From Azolla caroliniana (taxonomy: Eukaryota > Plantae > Polypodiophyta): 64,000 nucleotides of DNA. The stretch lies in the NCBI GenBank assembly GCA_043228905.1, contig JBHGNT010000015.1:12772001-12836000 (forward strand). Reading direction: 5' to 3'. The notes beneath the pieces are model-generated. The model was given only the letters and a program-made list of their open reading frames with translations, did no database searches and had not been told where the DNA came from. The first letter of the stretch is position 1, and every line of letters starts with the position of its first letter. The position numbers were made by a program, and so were the translations under genes. Positions 12,336 through 27,182 of this stretch are shown piece after piece.

Positions 12336-15300
12336 AGCACCACGCCCTCAGAGAATATATGGTTTGTTGACTCGGGAGCATCCAACCACATGACTTCTCA
12401 TGAAGATTGGTTTCGGGAATTATGAAAACCCGAACGTCGTGGATATGTCGAGGTAGGCGATGACACGACTCATCCAATACAACATATCGGGAATGTCCCA
12501 TTCGGAAATGACAGTAAACAAACCTACCTCAAGAACGTATTGCATGTTCCTACTATCACGAAAAACTTCGTCTCGGTCGGCCAAATTGTCGAACAAGGAA
12601 TGCAAGTACGATTCAACAATAATGGGTGCTTTATCGAAAGAGGTGATTGAGTCAAAGCTCATGGCCGTCGTGAAGGCCGTATGTTTGTCCTTGAATTGAA
12701 AGAGGTAAAATTGGCCATGTTTGCAAAGGGCCTCAAAGTCTAAACCGACCTACACTTGTGGCACAAGAGAATTGGTCACATCAATCTCCAAAAGCTTCAG
12801 AACATGCAATCAAAAGGAGTCATAATCAGACTCCCGAACTTTACCGCGAAGGAGATTACGAGCATATGCAAAGCGTGCCAGTTCAGAAAGCAACGCAGAC
12901 ATCCATTCCCGAAAGAGCGGAATGTGAGCAAAGGGATCCTAGATTTCGTACATTCAGATGTATGGGGACCGGCCCAGACAACCACACTCGGCGGATGCCG
13001 ATATTACGTCACGTTCATCGACGATTTCTCCAAGCACACTTGGATCTACCCAATGAGACAAAAGAGCGAAGTGTTCAGACACTTTGAAAGGTTCCAAGCT
13101 GAAGTCGAAAAAACTACGGCTCAGCACGTACGCTGCCTTCGATCAGATGGAGGCAAAGAATATTTCTCGGATGAGTTTACGGCGTATCTCCGAAAGGAAG
13201 GAATCCAATGAGAATTTTCGTGTCATCACACACCTCAGCAAAACGGCGTAGCCGAACGGAAGAACCGGCACATAATAGAGGTAGCACGGGCAATGATGAA
13301 CGAGAAGAACCTGCCGAAATCATACTGGGCAGAAGCGGCGAACACGGCCGTATACCTCATGAATAGGTGCACAACCTCGGGAGTACACGACGCAACCCCC
13401 CATGAGAAGTTTCTTGGTAAGAAGTCGGACCTATCACATGTTCGTATTTTCGGCTCAATCGCTTATGTGCATATTCCCAATGATGCGCGACAAAATCTCG
13501 ACCCGAAGTCGGAGAAATGTATCCTCGTGGGGTACTCGCTCGAACACAAGGGGTACAAATGTTACAATCCATCTACCCGAAATGTTCGAACAAGTTGAGA
13601 TGTCGTGTTCGACGAGTCCACATCCTGGTACGCACCAGAGACAACTTCGATTCTGACTCCGCTCAAGCCGGAATATATCGAAATAGGGGCAGAAGCCGAA
13701 GATCGACTTATGCGCATGTTCGACGAAAGTCCAATCACAACCCGAATAAGTGGGCCATAAGAACCTCCGAGTGATCAAAACACATCTCGGCCGAGTCCGA
13801 AGCTGGACAAAGGGAAGGCAAAAATGGTGGAATATGAAGACGATCACTTCGACGACAACGAATCGACTCACTCCCTCGATATTGAGTTTGACAGCCTCGA
13901 CATCTAGACAAATGGAGTGAAGAAAGCCTTAGTATCCGCGAACAAAAAGCTACGCCAGTCCACCCGAGAGAAGAACCCCGTAAGCTGTTGCGGCTACAAC
14001 AAGTACATGATGTATCATTATGCCTTTATGATGAAGGTAGCGTCAGTACGGGAGCCGGAAACCTTTTCCGAAGCCATAAAGGATCCGCGATGGGTCGACG
14101 CAATGAATGAAGAAATGTAAGCCCTATGCAAAAATGAGACATGGGATCTCGTTCCTCACATTCCACACATGAAAGCAATTGGCTGCCGATGGACTTACAA
14201 AGTGAAACACAATGTCGCCGACTCCATAAATCACTTCAAAGCACGGCTCATTGCGAAAGGATATGCACAAACACATGGAGTTGACTATAAAGAGACCTTT
14301 GCTCCAGTGGCAAAGACGACAACTGTGCGGACCGTGGTTGCAATCGCAACAACACAAGGGTGGCACCTTCATCAGATGGACGTGAAGAATGCCTTCCTCT
14401 GAGGTAAATTAGATGAGGAAGTGTACATGATCCAGCCACCCGGCTTTGAATCGCGCAATCACCCAAACGCCGTGTGCCGACTCAAGAAGCCACTCTACGG
14501 CCTCAAACAAGCACCGCGTGTGTGGCATTCAAAGATCACGCAGTATCTTCATCAAATCGGATTTCGAATGTCAAAATATGATAATTCTCTGTACATCCGC
14601 AACGAGTCGGATAGCCCAATTGTCATCATCCTTTACGTGGATGATTTGGTCATCGGAGGAAAGGAGCTCATCGAGATTAACAAGGTCAAATCACTTCTCT
14701 CCGGCAGATTCGAAATGAAAGACCTGCACGAGCTCCATTACTTCTTAGGTATCAGCATAATTAGGACACCAGTCGGATAATGATCTCACAATGACACTAC
14801 GTCCTCAACGTATTCTACAAGTTCAGGACGGAGTGCAAACCTGTGTCCACCCTGCTTGACCGTAATCTCAAGCTTGATGTCGATTCTGGCACAGTCGAGT
14901 GCGAGCCAACTCTGTATTGCCATTTGATCGGCAGCCTCATCTACCTAACCATTACGCGACCCGACCTCAGCTATTCGGTCGGCCTACTCAACCAATTCAT
15001 GAGGAATCCGCGAAACCTTCACCTTGATTGTGCTAAGAGGGTACTTCGGTATGCCGGTGGTACGATGGATTACAACGTCAGATACAGGTCAAATACGATA
15101 ATTCGACTTGAAGGGTACACAACCGCAAACTAGGCAGGTTATAAAACGGATAGATGGTCAACATCAAGATTCGTCTTCTCCCTTGGTAGCGGAGCAATCT
15201 CATGGAGTAGCAAGAAGTAACTGACAGTTGCACTGTAGAGCACGGAGGCTGAATACAGGGGCGCGGTGGTCGCCGCATGCAAAGCCGTATGGCTCAAGCG

Positions 15301-15999
15301 TATACTAAAGGATCTGGGCGTACCCATCAAGGATCCGATTTGTCTATACTGCAACAACATGAGCAATATCTACCTGGTGCGGAACCCCGTATTCCATGCG
15401 CGGACTAAGCATGTCGAAGTGCAGTACCACTTCATCCGTGAACGTGTGCAGGCCAGATATATAGCCTTACACCACATCGGCATGAATCTACAAGTAGCCG
15501 ACATTTTCACGAAAGCCCTAGGTATCGACAAGTTGCGGCAATTCACGTCAAACCTTGACCTATCTATTCCCAACCAGCTGAGCTTGAGGGGGAGTACAGA
15601 ACAGTGAACAACACAGTCCTGATCGATTGATCGAAGCCGAACAAGGAGTACGCAACTGAAAAGCCAAACAAATGAAGTGCGAAGCGTTCCGAAGACCGAT
15701 CCGAAACAATTTTGTCGATATCTGGAAGTTGTGTTCAAAGGGGCATGTTGAGAATCGAACTCAACTTCCCATAGAAATAGGTTTCACACTAAGCTCATGG
15801 ACATACCATGCTAGTCTTGTAAATAGTAGAAAGGGCCCTTGCCCTAGTTTAGTTGATATTTAAACCAACCTTTTGTAACTTTGTTACTATTGGATGATAA
15901 TATACAGTCTTCTTGGTTAAGAACTTTCTCTCTCTTTTCTCTTTGTTGCATAACACACACAGTCCTTCCGCTACATACAATCACTCTCATTTCTTTACA
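12336..15999 (+). mobile_element. Copia B, 5'-truncated (protease, integrase, RT, RNase H, 3' LTR ~15746-15999)
   Basis: [40 protein letters not shown] and FHARTKHVEV are present. Purine tracts lie at 15581-15594 and 15737-15745, and the LTR reads TGTTGAG...TTTACA. Confidence 0.85.
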
Positions 16000-17534
16000 C
16001 CTCATTACGAATACCCTGTCGTAGTCGTCGTATTCGGAGTTGGTGGCGTAGTTCGTGAGTTGTCGACTTGTTGAAGCCAACTTGCTTCTTCTTTTTCGGC
16101 ACTCCTCGCAGTGGCCGATTTTTCCGTAATAGTTGCAAGTTGTGGGCCTCATTTGCCGACCTTGTTCGGCATGGAAGCTCCCTCTTCTTCCGAAGGTTCC
16201 TTGAATCATGGCTTCCGTCTCGTTGTCGAAGGTTTGAGTTCCCTTCGTTTGATGGATCGAATTGACCTCTTCTACCGCCTCGACCTCGTCCTTGGCCACC
16301 ATCTGAATTCGAGAAGAACATTTGTCCTTTCGATGTCTTGGTTTTGGTTTGGACATAGTTCTCTTCAACCATTAGCATTGATTGAAGGTCGAAGAACGAA
16401 GGAGGGCTTTCCCTCACCAAGATTGCCATCCTGAACGAGTTGAATCGTTATGCACGGCCGCCCAACCATACTTGAACCATCTCATCTTCGTCGACGTTTA
16501 TTTTGATGGAGCCAAGTGAGTCGCAAATGCTCTTGATCTTAGAGGTGTAGTCAGACACAAACATATCTTTTTGCGGAATGTTGTTCAACTCTTGTCGGAG
16601 TTGAAGCTTTCGGGTGGTCATGTTGGCGGCGAAAATTTTCTTTAAGTTCGCCCACGCTTCTTTAGGCGTCTTGGTGTCTGGAATGTGACTAAGCATGTGG
16701 CCGTGGACACATGTTGCCAAGAAATACATGACTCGACTAGCCGCTTGCTCCCATGTTGAGTAGTCGGCGTTCTTTGGGTCGGGTCGATTTTCTTGAGCGC
16801 CGTTGATGTAGCTCCAATAAACTTGGCCGACAAGGTATTAGTTCATCTTGTACTCCCAAGATGAATAATTTCTCCGATCTAGCTTTTCACTAGGGAGCGA
16901 GTTACCCATTTGTGTGTTCATGTTGATTGTAGTGTCTTCCGTTTTTGCTTTCCTTCCTTCGGTCATGTACACGTGCTATGTAGCGGCACTACGGTAGCAA
17001 GGTATTGGTTCATCTTGTACTCCCAAGATGAATAATTGCTTCAGTTTAACTTCAGTTTAGCTTTTCACTCTGATGCCATGTTAATAATTAGATGATTAAC
17101 TACGGGTTAATTAGTACCTAATTATGTGATTAAGTTAAGCGGAAGATTAAGTTAAGCGGAAGATTAAGTGATATGTGTGTGTATGTGTGTGAGAGGAAGA
17201 GAGAGAGGAAGATACACTTATGAATGATACAAGATGGGGGAGGAGTAACTATATTAAAAAGTATCATCAAATCCAAAAATACCCACAATGAGGTATATAT
17301 ACAACTCATGTGCAACGTTGCACATGTGTGAGTAGAATATAGGTACAAGGATGTAAGTCCTATATTCAATATACTTGGTAGTGGAGGATCTTGAATGTAT
17401 CCCCACTTACGTACAAGTACAAAATCCTATTTAAGGGTTTATAGTCAACACTCCTAACTAGATTCTATCTAGGTAACCACGAAGTTACATGGTTGACTAA
17501 ATAACTAAACTAAGTTGAGCTTGATCTCTCAACA
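16000..17534 (-). mobile_element. Copia C, 5' part (5' LTR 17079-17534, mutated PBS, gag)
   Basis: PBS TGGCATCAGAG on the minus strand (17068-17078) and gag AWANLKKIF..RKLQLRQEL. The LTR is the reverse complement of the solo LTR at 47796-48278. Confidence 0.85.
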
Positions 17535-20500
17535 AATTGTTGGGAAAATGTTCCTCGAGTGGGAGGAGAATCCGACTGTCCAGAAGTTGCCAACAATCGA
17601 CGACTAAGGGAAGATCTGACTATTCGGAAAGTCGACAGTCGAAGAGTCGAAAATAGAGAGTCGACTGTTTAATAGTTCGACTACTATTATTATAGCAATA
17701 ATAGTAACGATATGTAGGAGTGGCTACAATTGTAAATAGCCCATACAATGTATTAGTATAAATACATTTAGGGAAAATGTGAAGATTGGTGTGCTTAGCG
17801 TGTATAGAGATTGTAGAACAGAAGTAGCATGTGAGCGTGTGAGACAGAGAGTTAGTGAGATCGGCACCATAGTTGTGTGCATAACAACAGATGCCAAGAG
17901 CCCTGCGTGGCTGATACACTTGAAGAAGTGTTATAATCTCTCTGTTGTATATCCACTATACATAGTGAAGCTCTGTTCCCGTGATTTTCTCCCGTTTAGG
18001 GTTTCCACGTTAAATCTTTGTGCACCATTGTTGTCCTGTTTTCTGTGATTCGTATTTCAGCACAGTTCCCTTATCGTGATTTAACCAAAAGATTTCTCAA
18101 CAAACTGGTATCAGAGCTTGAGGTGTAAGCATGGAAGTAGGTGTGAGTAGTTTCCCAGGTGTGATAGTTCTAAACTCACAAAACTATGCAGACTGGAAGA
18201 TAAAGATGGAAAACCTTCTCATCATGAAACACCTGTATGAGCTAGTCGACAGAGCAGATATACCCAAGGGGGGTATTGGAGTTGGATTGGAAACTTCTAA
18301 ATAGAAAGGCAGTGGCCACCATCCAACAATGCGTCGACGTAAGTGTCCTTCAGCATGTGGCGAAGGACATGAATGCCCAGGAGATGTGGCAGAAACGGTT
18401 GGGTCTGTATGAGAGGAAGAACGCGCTCAATAAAACCTCGTTGATGAGAAAAATCGTAAGGCTGAAATACAGAGACAATGAGAGCATCGTCGAACATATT
18501 AGCACGTTCATGGGGTATGTAAATCAACTTGCTACGACCAAGTTTCCCTTGGATGATGCAATGCAGGTCATCCTGCTGATGTGCACACTACTAGATAGCT
18601 GGGAGAACCTGGTGGTTACTCTCAGCACCTCCTGTCAAGAAGAGAACTCGTCTTTACAGACGGTGAAGAGAAGCATCCTAAATGAGGAGGCAAGGAGGAA
18701 GGACAAGGGAGTCCTATCCCAATCGGAGTCAAATGTAACACAACACTCGGACAGAGGAAGGAACCGGCAAAGAAGTCCACCAAGGAGAGAAAAGTCCTGA
18801 ACCAGATCGAAGTCCAGAGGTAAGCTAGTGTGCTTTTACTGTGGTAAACCTGGACAGTTCTAGAAGGAATGCCGACACATGAGGAAAGACAAGGGTGTCG
18901 GAAACAATGTCAAACCCAGGAAGATTCCTGATGAGAAGAACACTTCTGCCATTGCTACGAGCAATGAGGAACTGATGTTCATCTACGAACAGACAAGTGC
19001 AAATCTTGTAATTGAAGAATGCACTTGGGTGACCGATTCCGGGGCATCGTTCCACATAACTCCGTCGAGAGAGTATTTCTCGACCTACATAGCCGGAGAT
19101 CACGGTTATGTGAAGATCGGTGATAGTGGACAGTGTAGGATAATCGGAGTCGGAAGTGCCTGCTTGAAGACATCGACAGGGTGTCGACTGACTCTGAAGG
19201 ATGTTCGACACGTCCCCGACATAAGATTAAATCTGATATCGATTGGAAGGTTAGATGACGAAGCCTATAGTGGTAGCTTTCGAAATGGCAAGTGGAAGTT
19301 TTGCCGAGGAAATCTCATAGTGGCCCGAGCACAGGAAGAAGGTACATTGTACATGATGCATGCCCGACTATACAAATCGGAAGTAAATGTAGCAGCCGAC
19401 TCGGCAGGAGAGATATGGCATAAGAGGCTACGCCACATGAGTGAGAAAGGAATGCACCTGCTAGCCGACCAAAAGCTTCTACCAAAAGTCAAGGGAGTGC
19501 ACCTGGAGAAGTGTGTCGACTGCTGAGTCGAAAAGCAGAACAGAGCAGCTTTCCACACAAGACCATCGAGAAGAAGAGAAGTGCCACTAGAACTAGTACA
19601 CACGGATGTGTGCTATGTGTTGGGATTTCGGTCCCTCCGGATGGGATCATGAGAACCGGATGATGAGTACCCGACAAGGAAGGCCCGGTGAGAACCGGAT
19701 GATGTAGGCCCAGTGAGAACCTCTCACCGAATGAAGGGACATATAGGTAAATATGTTTCTGAGAGGCCATTGGGGCTATTTTTGTAAATAGTCCTAATGT
19801 CATATTAGTACAAATATGATCTAGGGCAGACACTTCTATTATGATGTTTTTGTCATTCTGTGTGTTGTGGTTGTAACTGTTGTATAGAGAGTGAGAGAGA
19901 GATACAGAGATTTTCTTTGTTGTAACCGCCACTAGGCGAAGAGTGTGAGCACGAGGTTGTCGCCTCTGTGCCCCTTGTTGTATTCTTTTGACATAGTGAT
20001 AGTTCGGAGCCTGTGGGATCCCGGGGTTTTTCCCTCTCAGGGTTTTTCCACGTTAACATCTTGTGTACTCTCTTGTTTATAGTGTGTGTGCATATACTTG
20101 TATTTGCCCCTATTCCCATATTCGGTGGGGTTTTTGATTCTAAACGACACGATCTAAGACTCGGCTATGGCCGAGTAATATTCCGCGTATTTCTCATCAA
20201 TCTGGTATCAGAGCAAACAACACAGAAAATGGAAGAATCTTTCGGCGGCATGTTCAAGCTCACCGGCTCCAACTACTCAGTGTGGAAGTCGAAGATGAGG
20301 GACATGCTGGTGGTTAAAGATCTTTGGTTGCCGGTTCAGTTCGGGGACAAGAGACCAAATAAGATCGACACCACGATGTGGGAGGTGATGCACATGATGA
20401 CGACGGCTTACATCCGGTGTTTCATCGACATGAGCCTGTACAACAACTTCAATGAAGAGAGCAAGGCTCATGAACTCTAGGAGAAGATCGGCATCATGTT

Positions 20501-21829
20501 CCAGAACAAGAATGTCGTTAATTGGGTTTCGGTATTTCAGAAGTTAGTGAGGCTCCGGTACCAAGACGGCTCCAGTATGGCGGAGCACATGAATGCCTTC
20601 CAGGGGCTGATACACCAAGCAACCTCGTTGGAAGTACCTCTCGCCGATGAGGTACTTGCTCTACTCCTGCTCAGTTCCCTCCCGGATAGCTGGGAGACGT
20701 TAGTTGTCACGTTGGGCAACGCCGAGCCGGAAGGAAAACAGTTATCCCTAGCAAGGGTCAAGTCGAGCTTGCTAGATGAGGCAAAGCCCCCCTTACCGAA
20801 TCGGAATGAGGGAGACAAAGGAATCGGAATCCCCAAAACCGGGAAAAGTCGGGGACACGGTCAAAGTCAAGGGAGAGGTCCACTTGCTTCTATTGCGGCA
20901 AGCCGGGGCACTTCCAAAAGAACTGTCGGCATTTCCGGAAAGACAAGGGAACCAGCAGTACCGATTCGAAGAAGTCACCAGACCGAAACGGTTCGGATCG
21001 GTGAGGCCCGGACCGGAAGGGAACGACAACAATCACGGCAAGTGAAGAGGAACTGTTGTCCAGAGGACAAAAATGTAAAATTAGGGAATTAGCAAACGCT
21101 GAGTCCGAGTATCACGGGCCACCGACGGCTCGGCTGTGCATTAGGGGAAAAGTTATTTAAACGAGGACCAGTACCTCAGAGAGAGAGAGAAGAAAAATAT
21201 AGGCGGAAGCACTAGCTTAGTCCCTCGTAACTAGATAAACTTGTAAGTTCACCGGCCATAGGCCGTGTTCTGTAATCTTTTCTGTCATAGTAATACATCT
21301 TATTTGTGCCCATTTTGCTCCATGAGTCTGTGCTTTGATCCATACCTATGAGTTCAACGCCGCCCACGCCTATCAAGACCTCGCTAGTGTTTTCTCTCTG
21401 AGCCCTGTCTCTCTCTCGACGCCTCTGTTATGAGCCTTCACGTACCACGCCCTTGAATACCGATAGCCGCAAATCTATCGAAGGTGTTCACCCAAAGGAA
21501 CGGGTAACACAATTTGGCACGCCCGGTTACAGCTGTGAGTGCACAGCGAACTTCGTTGAAGGTAACCACCAGCCGCCGTTACGGCGCCCTCTTGCACCAC
21601 GAGGTCTCAGCCACCCGCCCGACGCCCTGAGCCAGTCGAAGGAACTTCCGACTCGGCGGTCACTGACCAATCCTTTCCCGATCAATCGGAGGCTTGTCCA
21701 GTGCAATCCTCGCCACCGGACACTCGATCGCGAGTTGATTCACCACCAAAACCCCCGTCGAGCCCTCCAGAGGTCAATCAACCAGAACTAAACCCTTTTC
21801 CGGTGCTACCAGAAGACCCACAGTACGAC

Positions 21830-24800
21830 ATCATGACATACCCATACCCACGATACACCGACGGACCAGACGCAGAGTCACACATCCGTGCCTTCATATC
21901 CACATGGCAGGCTAACCACTCCACGCACCGCCTCACGCCAGCCGAAATCGATGCCTCAAAGATTGCCGAGTTCACACTCTCCCTCGATGGACCGGCCGCA
22001 CGATGGTACTCTCGCCTCGAAATAGGAGAGGCCACCACTTTCCAAATCGTGCGCACAAAGTTCCTTGAACTTTTTCATCGCGAGGTGCCTAAACGGGAAC
22101 TGCTCCGGCAATTCTTCTCTATATGCTAGGAACCACACGAAACGGTCGCGCAGTTCACGATCCGGTTCCAATATCTCTACAGACAAGTGGCCGATAATGT
22201 CTCGGCACAACATATACTGGACACTTTCCTATCCAATTTACGAGAGCCTCTACGAACGACTCTCGCACTTACAAATTTCGCCAACCATACTATCGAACAA
22301 GTCATAGCGCGCGTTCTCGCCCTCGATCGGAACCAACACGGCGCAGCCTTCTCCATGACATCCTTGCAAAACGCTCTTCCCCAAGAGGACAATCACTTTC
22401 GCCAAGCCCTCCAATGCACGGTGTGTTCAGGATCAGGGCACCTGGCCCTCGAATGTCCCCACCGACCACAATGTTCGATCTGTCAATCTCGAGCTCACAC
22501 GGTCGAGCAGTGCGAATATAATATGCTGAACCGCACAACGGCGGCACCGGTCCGCCAGATCGAGCCACGAAATACATACTCTCGGCAGGACGAGCGATAT
22601 ATCTACCAAGACCAGGATAACGACCGACCGCGATCCCCGGATCGACGGCGCCGAGACGACGACTACCGACGTGATGACCGCCGTGATCATTATCGCGATG
22701 ACCGACACGACGATTATGCTCGATATGATGACGATCGCGATGACCGATATGACCGACGGAACTCACGCATTGATCGACGAAATGGCAACCGCAACACACG
22801 CAACAATAGAAGACCTAATGACAACCGCCGACAGGACGCTCCTCAAAATGACCAGCACAACTCCAATGCACCTCGGAACAACCCACCACCAAACGAGACC
22901 GAGAATCAACAACAACAACTTCCACACACAGACCGAGCGGACACCAACAGCTCGGCCAACGTGACATGTTTTAAATGTAATCAACCAGGCCACTACGCCA
23001 CGCAATGTCCGACAACCAACCGTGGCAAGGCACCCACGGTGAACAGTATCATGGCCGATGTTCAAACGGTCACTACCCGGAGTAAAGCGCAGACTACTCA
23101 GTGGCAAATCCAGGATGAAGTACGTCAGGCAGCAAAAGAATGGATCGACACGGCCAATAAAAATAATGTTGTACGCATGCAAACTGACATGAGAGACGGG
23201 CCCAGTGAAGTACCACAAACCTCGGCACCATCCACGTCGTTGGAGGACGACCAGCTATGGGATGTTCTTACCAACTCCCGCATCTCGATGCCCCTACATA
23301 AACTGCTACCACTCATGCCGAGATTTCGGGACACCCTGGCGGCACTCTAGGCCAATACTAAGCCCGTGACGCCACCGGTACACCTCACCGAAGCAGAAAC
23401 CGGTCCATCACTCATGGATTCTCAGAACCCAGTCGTGTGAATCATCATTAAGGGACAAGACCTGCACGGATGCATCATCGACGGTGGATCCGGTGTAAAC
23501 GTTATTAGCGAGTCAACGTGTCTCAACCTCGACCTGAATCAATGGGAACCATGCCCCTTTTGGCTTCGGATGGCCGACACCCGCTCCATTCGCCCCATTG
23601 GTTTAATCCGCCATCTCGACTTCACACTCGGAGGCCACATGTTCACGATCTCGGCCGTCATGCTAAGACTGGAGACACAAGGCGCCTACCCACTGTTACT
23701 AGGTCGACCATGCTTGCGTACAGCGAATATCAAGCAACATTGGCAACGCAACATGATCTCATTCCAAAGAGGCAAGACAAAAGTCTGCATCATCATTGAA
23801 GAACGAGTCCCCGTCGCCCTCAACACTTCGCCGTTATACGCGGAAGGGGTCCATATGCTTGACGGTTTGGCCGATGAGGAGGTCGATGACTTCCTAGATG
23901 ATCATCCCACGATCATCCCTCTCTTCGAAATAGATGCCTTACCAACCATCGAGCCATCTAAAGACGAGGAAGTCACGGAGGAGTCACACCCCAAGATGAA
24001 CCAGATCATACCACAGTTGCCGAGCTAAGTCATGCTCGGGAGGCTTTCGAATGCGAACTCGCCATTTCACAACAAGTGAAAGCATCAACCCTGGAAATAA
24101 TAAACCTCGGTTCGGACGAGAATCCCCGTACGTTACAAATTGCCAATAATCTACCAACCGGAGAACGGGCATGCCTTGTAAAATTGCTCACCGACTACCA
24201 TGATGTTTTCGCTTGGTCTTACACCGATATGAAGGGGCTAGATCCTCAATACTACCAACATCAAATTCATATCTTACCCGACACTCGGCCGGTTCAGCAG
24301 AGGCGCTACAGGATGAACCCCAACTACGCCGCTAAAGTCAAAGAGGAAATCGACAAACTACTCCGAGTGGGCTTCATTCGCCCTGTTAAACGGGCCACGT
24401 GGTTGAGCCCGATCGTAGTGGTCCTAAAGAAGAACGGAAAAATCCGCGTCTGCGTCGACTATCGGAAGCTTAAGGCGGCAATAGTCACCAACGGTTTCCC
24501 TCTCCCATTCACGGATAGCGTCCTCAACACGGTAGCTGGCCACGAATGCTATAGTTTCCTCGACGGGTTCAACGGCTATAACCAGATAAGAATGCACCCA
24601 AAGGATCAGGTGAAAACCGCTTTTGTCACGGAATGGGGTGTTTTTGTAGCAGAAGTTATGATGTTCGGTCTAAAAACGGCGCCGGCTACGTTCCAGCACA
24701 TCATCACCGAAATCTTTCATGACTACATCCCGGCGTTCATGCAAGTCTTTCTCGACGATTTCGCCGTGTATGGCCATCGATGGGAACACATGACCCAATT

Positions 24801-26969
24801 ACAACTATGCCTGGACCGATGTCGCCAAGCTCGATTGAGTTTAAACCCAGCGAAATGCGCGTTCTTAGTCACCAGCGGCAACCTTCTCGGCCACATTGTC
24901 AGTCAAGAAGGCATCGCTATGGACCCGGATAAAGTAAAGGCAATCCTGAATGCCACCGCACCCTCGAATGCTAAGGCACTAAGCCGTTTTTTGGGACAGA
25001 TCCGGTGGCACAATCGAATGATACGACACCTGGCCGATTTCGCGACACCTTTACACGCGGCAGTGCATCGCCTTCCTTTCCAATGGACGTCAATCGAGGA
25101 CACGGCCTATCAGACCCTGAAACGAATGTTGTCACATGCCCCGGTGGTTCAGTCCCCGGTTTGGTCCGAACCGTTTCATGTCTTCGTAGATGCTTCGGAC
25201 ATCGCCATCGGAAGTGCCCTGATGCAATGCACACCCCCAAATTGGTATAGGCCCGTGTACTACGCCAGCCGACAGCTCTCGACCGCGGAAAAGAATTACT
25301 CCACCACCGAGCGGGAGGCCCTCGGTATGATTTATAGCATCAATAAATTTCGGCATTACCTCTTGGGCCGAAAATTTACTTTTCACGTGGATCACTCGGC
25401 CCTTCTTTATTTGGTCAATAAACAAGCCCTCACCGGACGGTTGGCTCGGTGGATGCTCCTACTACAAGAGTTTGATTTCCAGATTCAGCATCGACCCGGG
25501 GTACAACATGTCGTCGCCAACTACTTCAGCTGTCTTGAGTCAGGGGAACTGGCGAAAACAACGTACGACGAGCTACCGGACGCCAGCCTATTTAACCTGA
25601 CCACGATACCATACGATAACGGAGATGAATGGATCACGGAGATGACCCATTTTCTCACTACCGGTGTACCTCCCGAGCACATGACCCTTGACACGAGAAA
25701 ACACCTAGCAGTGTGTAGCCCGAATTTTTGCCTCGTCTCGGACATTCTCTACCACAAAGGCTCGGACGGCATATGGTACCGAGCGATTCGGCAATTCGAG
25801 AAGAACGTCGTTCTTCAGGAAGCCCACCAGGGAGTAGCTGGGGGGCACTACGCTGGGGATTCCACAGCAAGGAAAGTTTGGCAAAGTGGATTGTGGTGGC
25901 CGACAATGAAGAAAGACGCTCACGAGTTTTATCGGCAGTGCGATTTGTGCCAACGACTGGGGCAACCAATGGAACAGTCACGGATGCCACACCAGCCGAT
26001 TCTTCCGTTGGACCCATTTCAAAAATGGGGTTTGGATTTTGTAGGCCCTTTCAAACCACCCGCGGCCCGAATAGGGAATAGGTATATTATCGTTGCCACG
26101 GATTACTGCACCAAATGGGTCGAGGCTAAGGCACTCCGAGATAACACGGCGGCATCCACGGCTAAATTCGTGTACGAGCACCTCTGGTGCCTTTACGGAT
26201 GCCCAATCAAGCTCATTAGTGATCAAGGTGGGCACTTCATCAATCATATAATACGTGAGCTTACACACCACTACGCGGTGGTGCACAAGAAAAGCAAACC
26301 ATACTACCCGCAGGCGAACGGCTTGGCGGAATCGACCAATAAAATCCTCCAAACCATACTGAAGAAGATCGTCAATGAAAACAGAACCGATTGGGATGAC
26401 AAACTCCAGAGTGCGCTGTGGGCGTATCGTACGACTTTCAAAACAAGCATCCAATCAACCCCCTTTCGAATGGCGTTCGGGTTAGAAGCCGTAATGCCCG
26501 TCGAGTTCCAAGTCCCGAGCCTCCGAGTTCAAGTCAAAGAACGGCTCCCCGAGGCCCAATCCGAGCAATACCGGCTAGAACAACTCCTCGAACTCGACGA
26601 AGATAGGATAGAGAGTATGGCCCAGCTCGAACACGCCAACGGCAACACAAGGCTTTCGTGGATCGACATCAACACGGGCTGGAGAAGGAGCTCACCATCG
26701 GCAAACCAGTTCTTCTTTTTCAAACACGACTCGGGTCAATGCCGGGAAAATTAAGATTTCGGTGGACCAGTCCATTCTGGATTATCGACGAGTTCAACGG
26801 GACGTTCCAGCTCGGCACACTCGCCGGCGACATTGTCAAAAGCTGGGCCAATGGTTTCCGACTTCGACCATATCGAGGGACTACACCACCCAACCCGTTT
26901 ACCGAGCCACACGGCACAAACGAGTATCGGGAGACCACCACGGAGGAGGCCACGTGTCCCCCTGAATAA
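21830..26969 (+). pseudogene. Gypsy G gag-pol (gag with three CCHC knuckles, protease, RT, RNase H, integrase); disrupted
   Basis: CTVCSGSGHLALEC, CSICQSRAHTVEQC, CFKCNQPGHYATQC, IIDGGSGVNVI, FLDGFNGYNQI, VFLDDFAVYG, DASDIAIG, WGLDFVGP and QANGLAE, with a few stops and frameshifts. Confidence 0.92.
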
Positions 26970-27182
26970 GGACTCACCCACCTTCTTGAAATTAATAAAA
27001 GTAGTAGTAGGTAGGATTAACCATAGTTTAGCCACCGATTAGCTACACCTACACCACCCACCTAGGCACCCACAATTTTAGGAGCACCCATCGCCACCAC
27101 TCATTTAGTACCTATTTAAGCACATGCAAAGCACTAGAAGCACCCCACTCACCTTCAGGACACATGGTGCTAGTCACTTATT

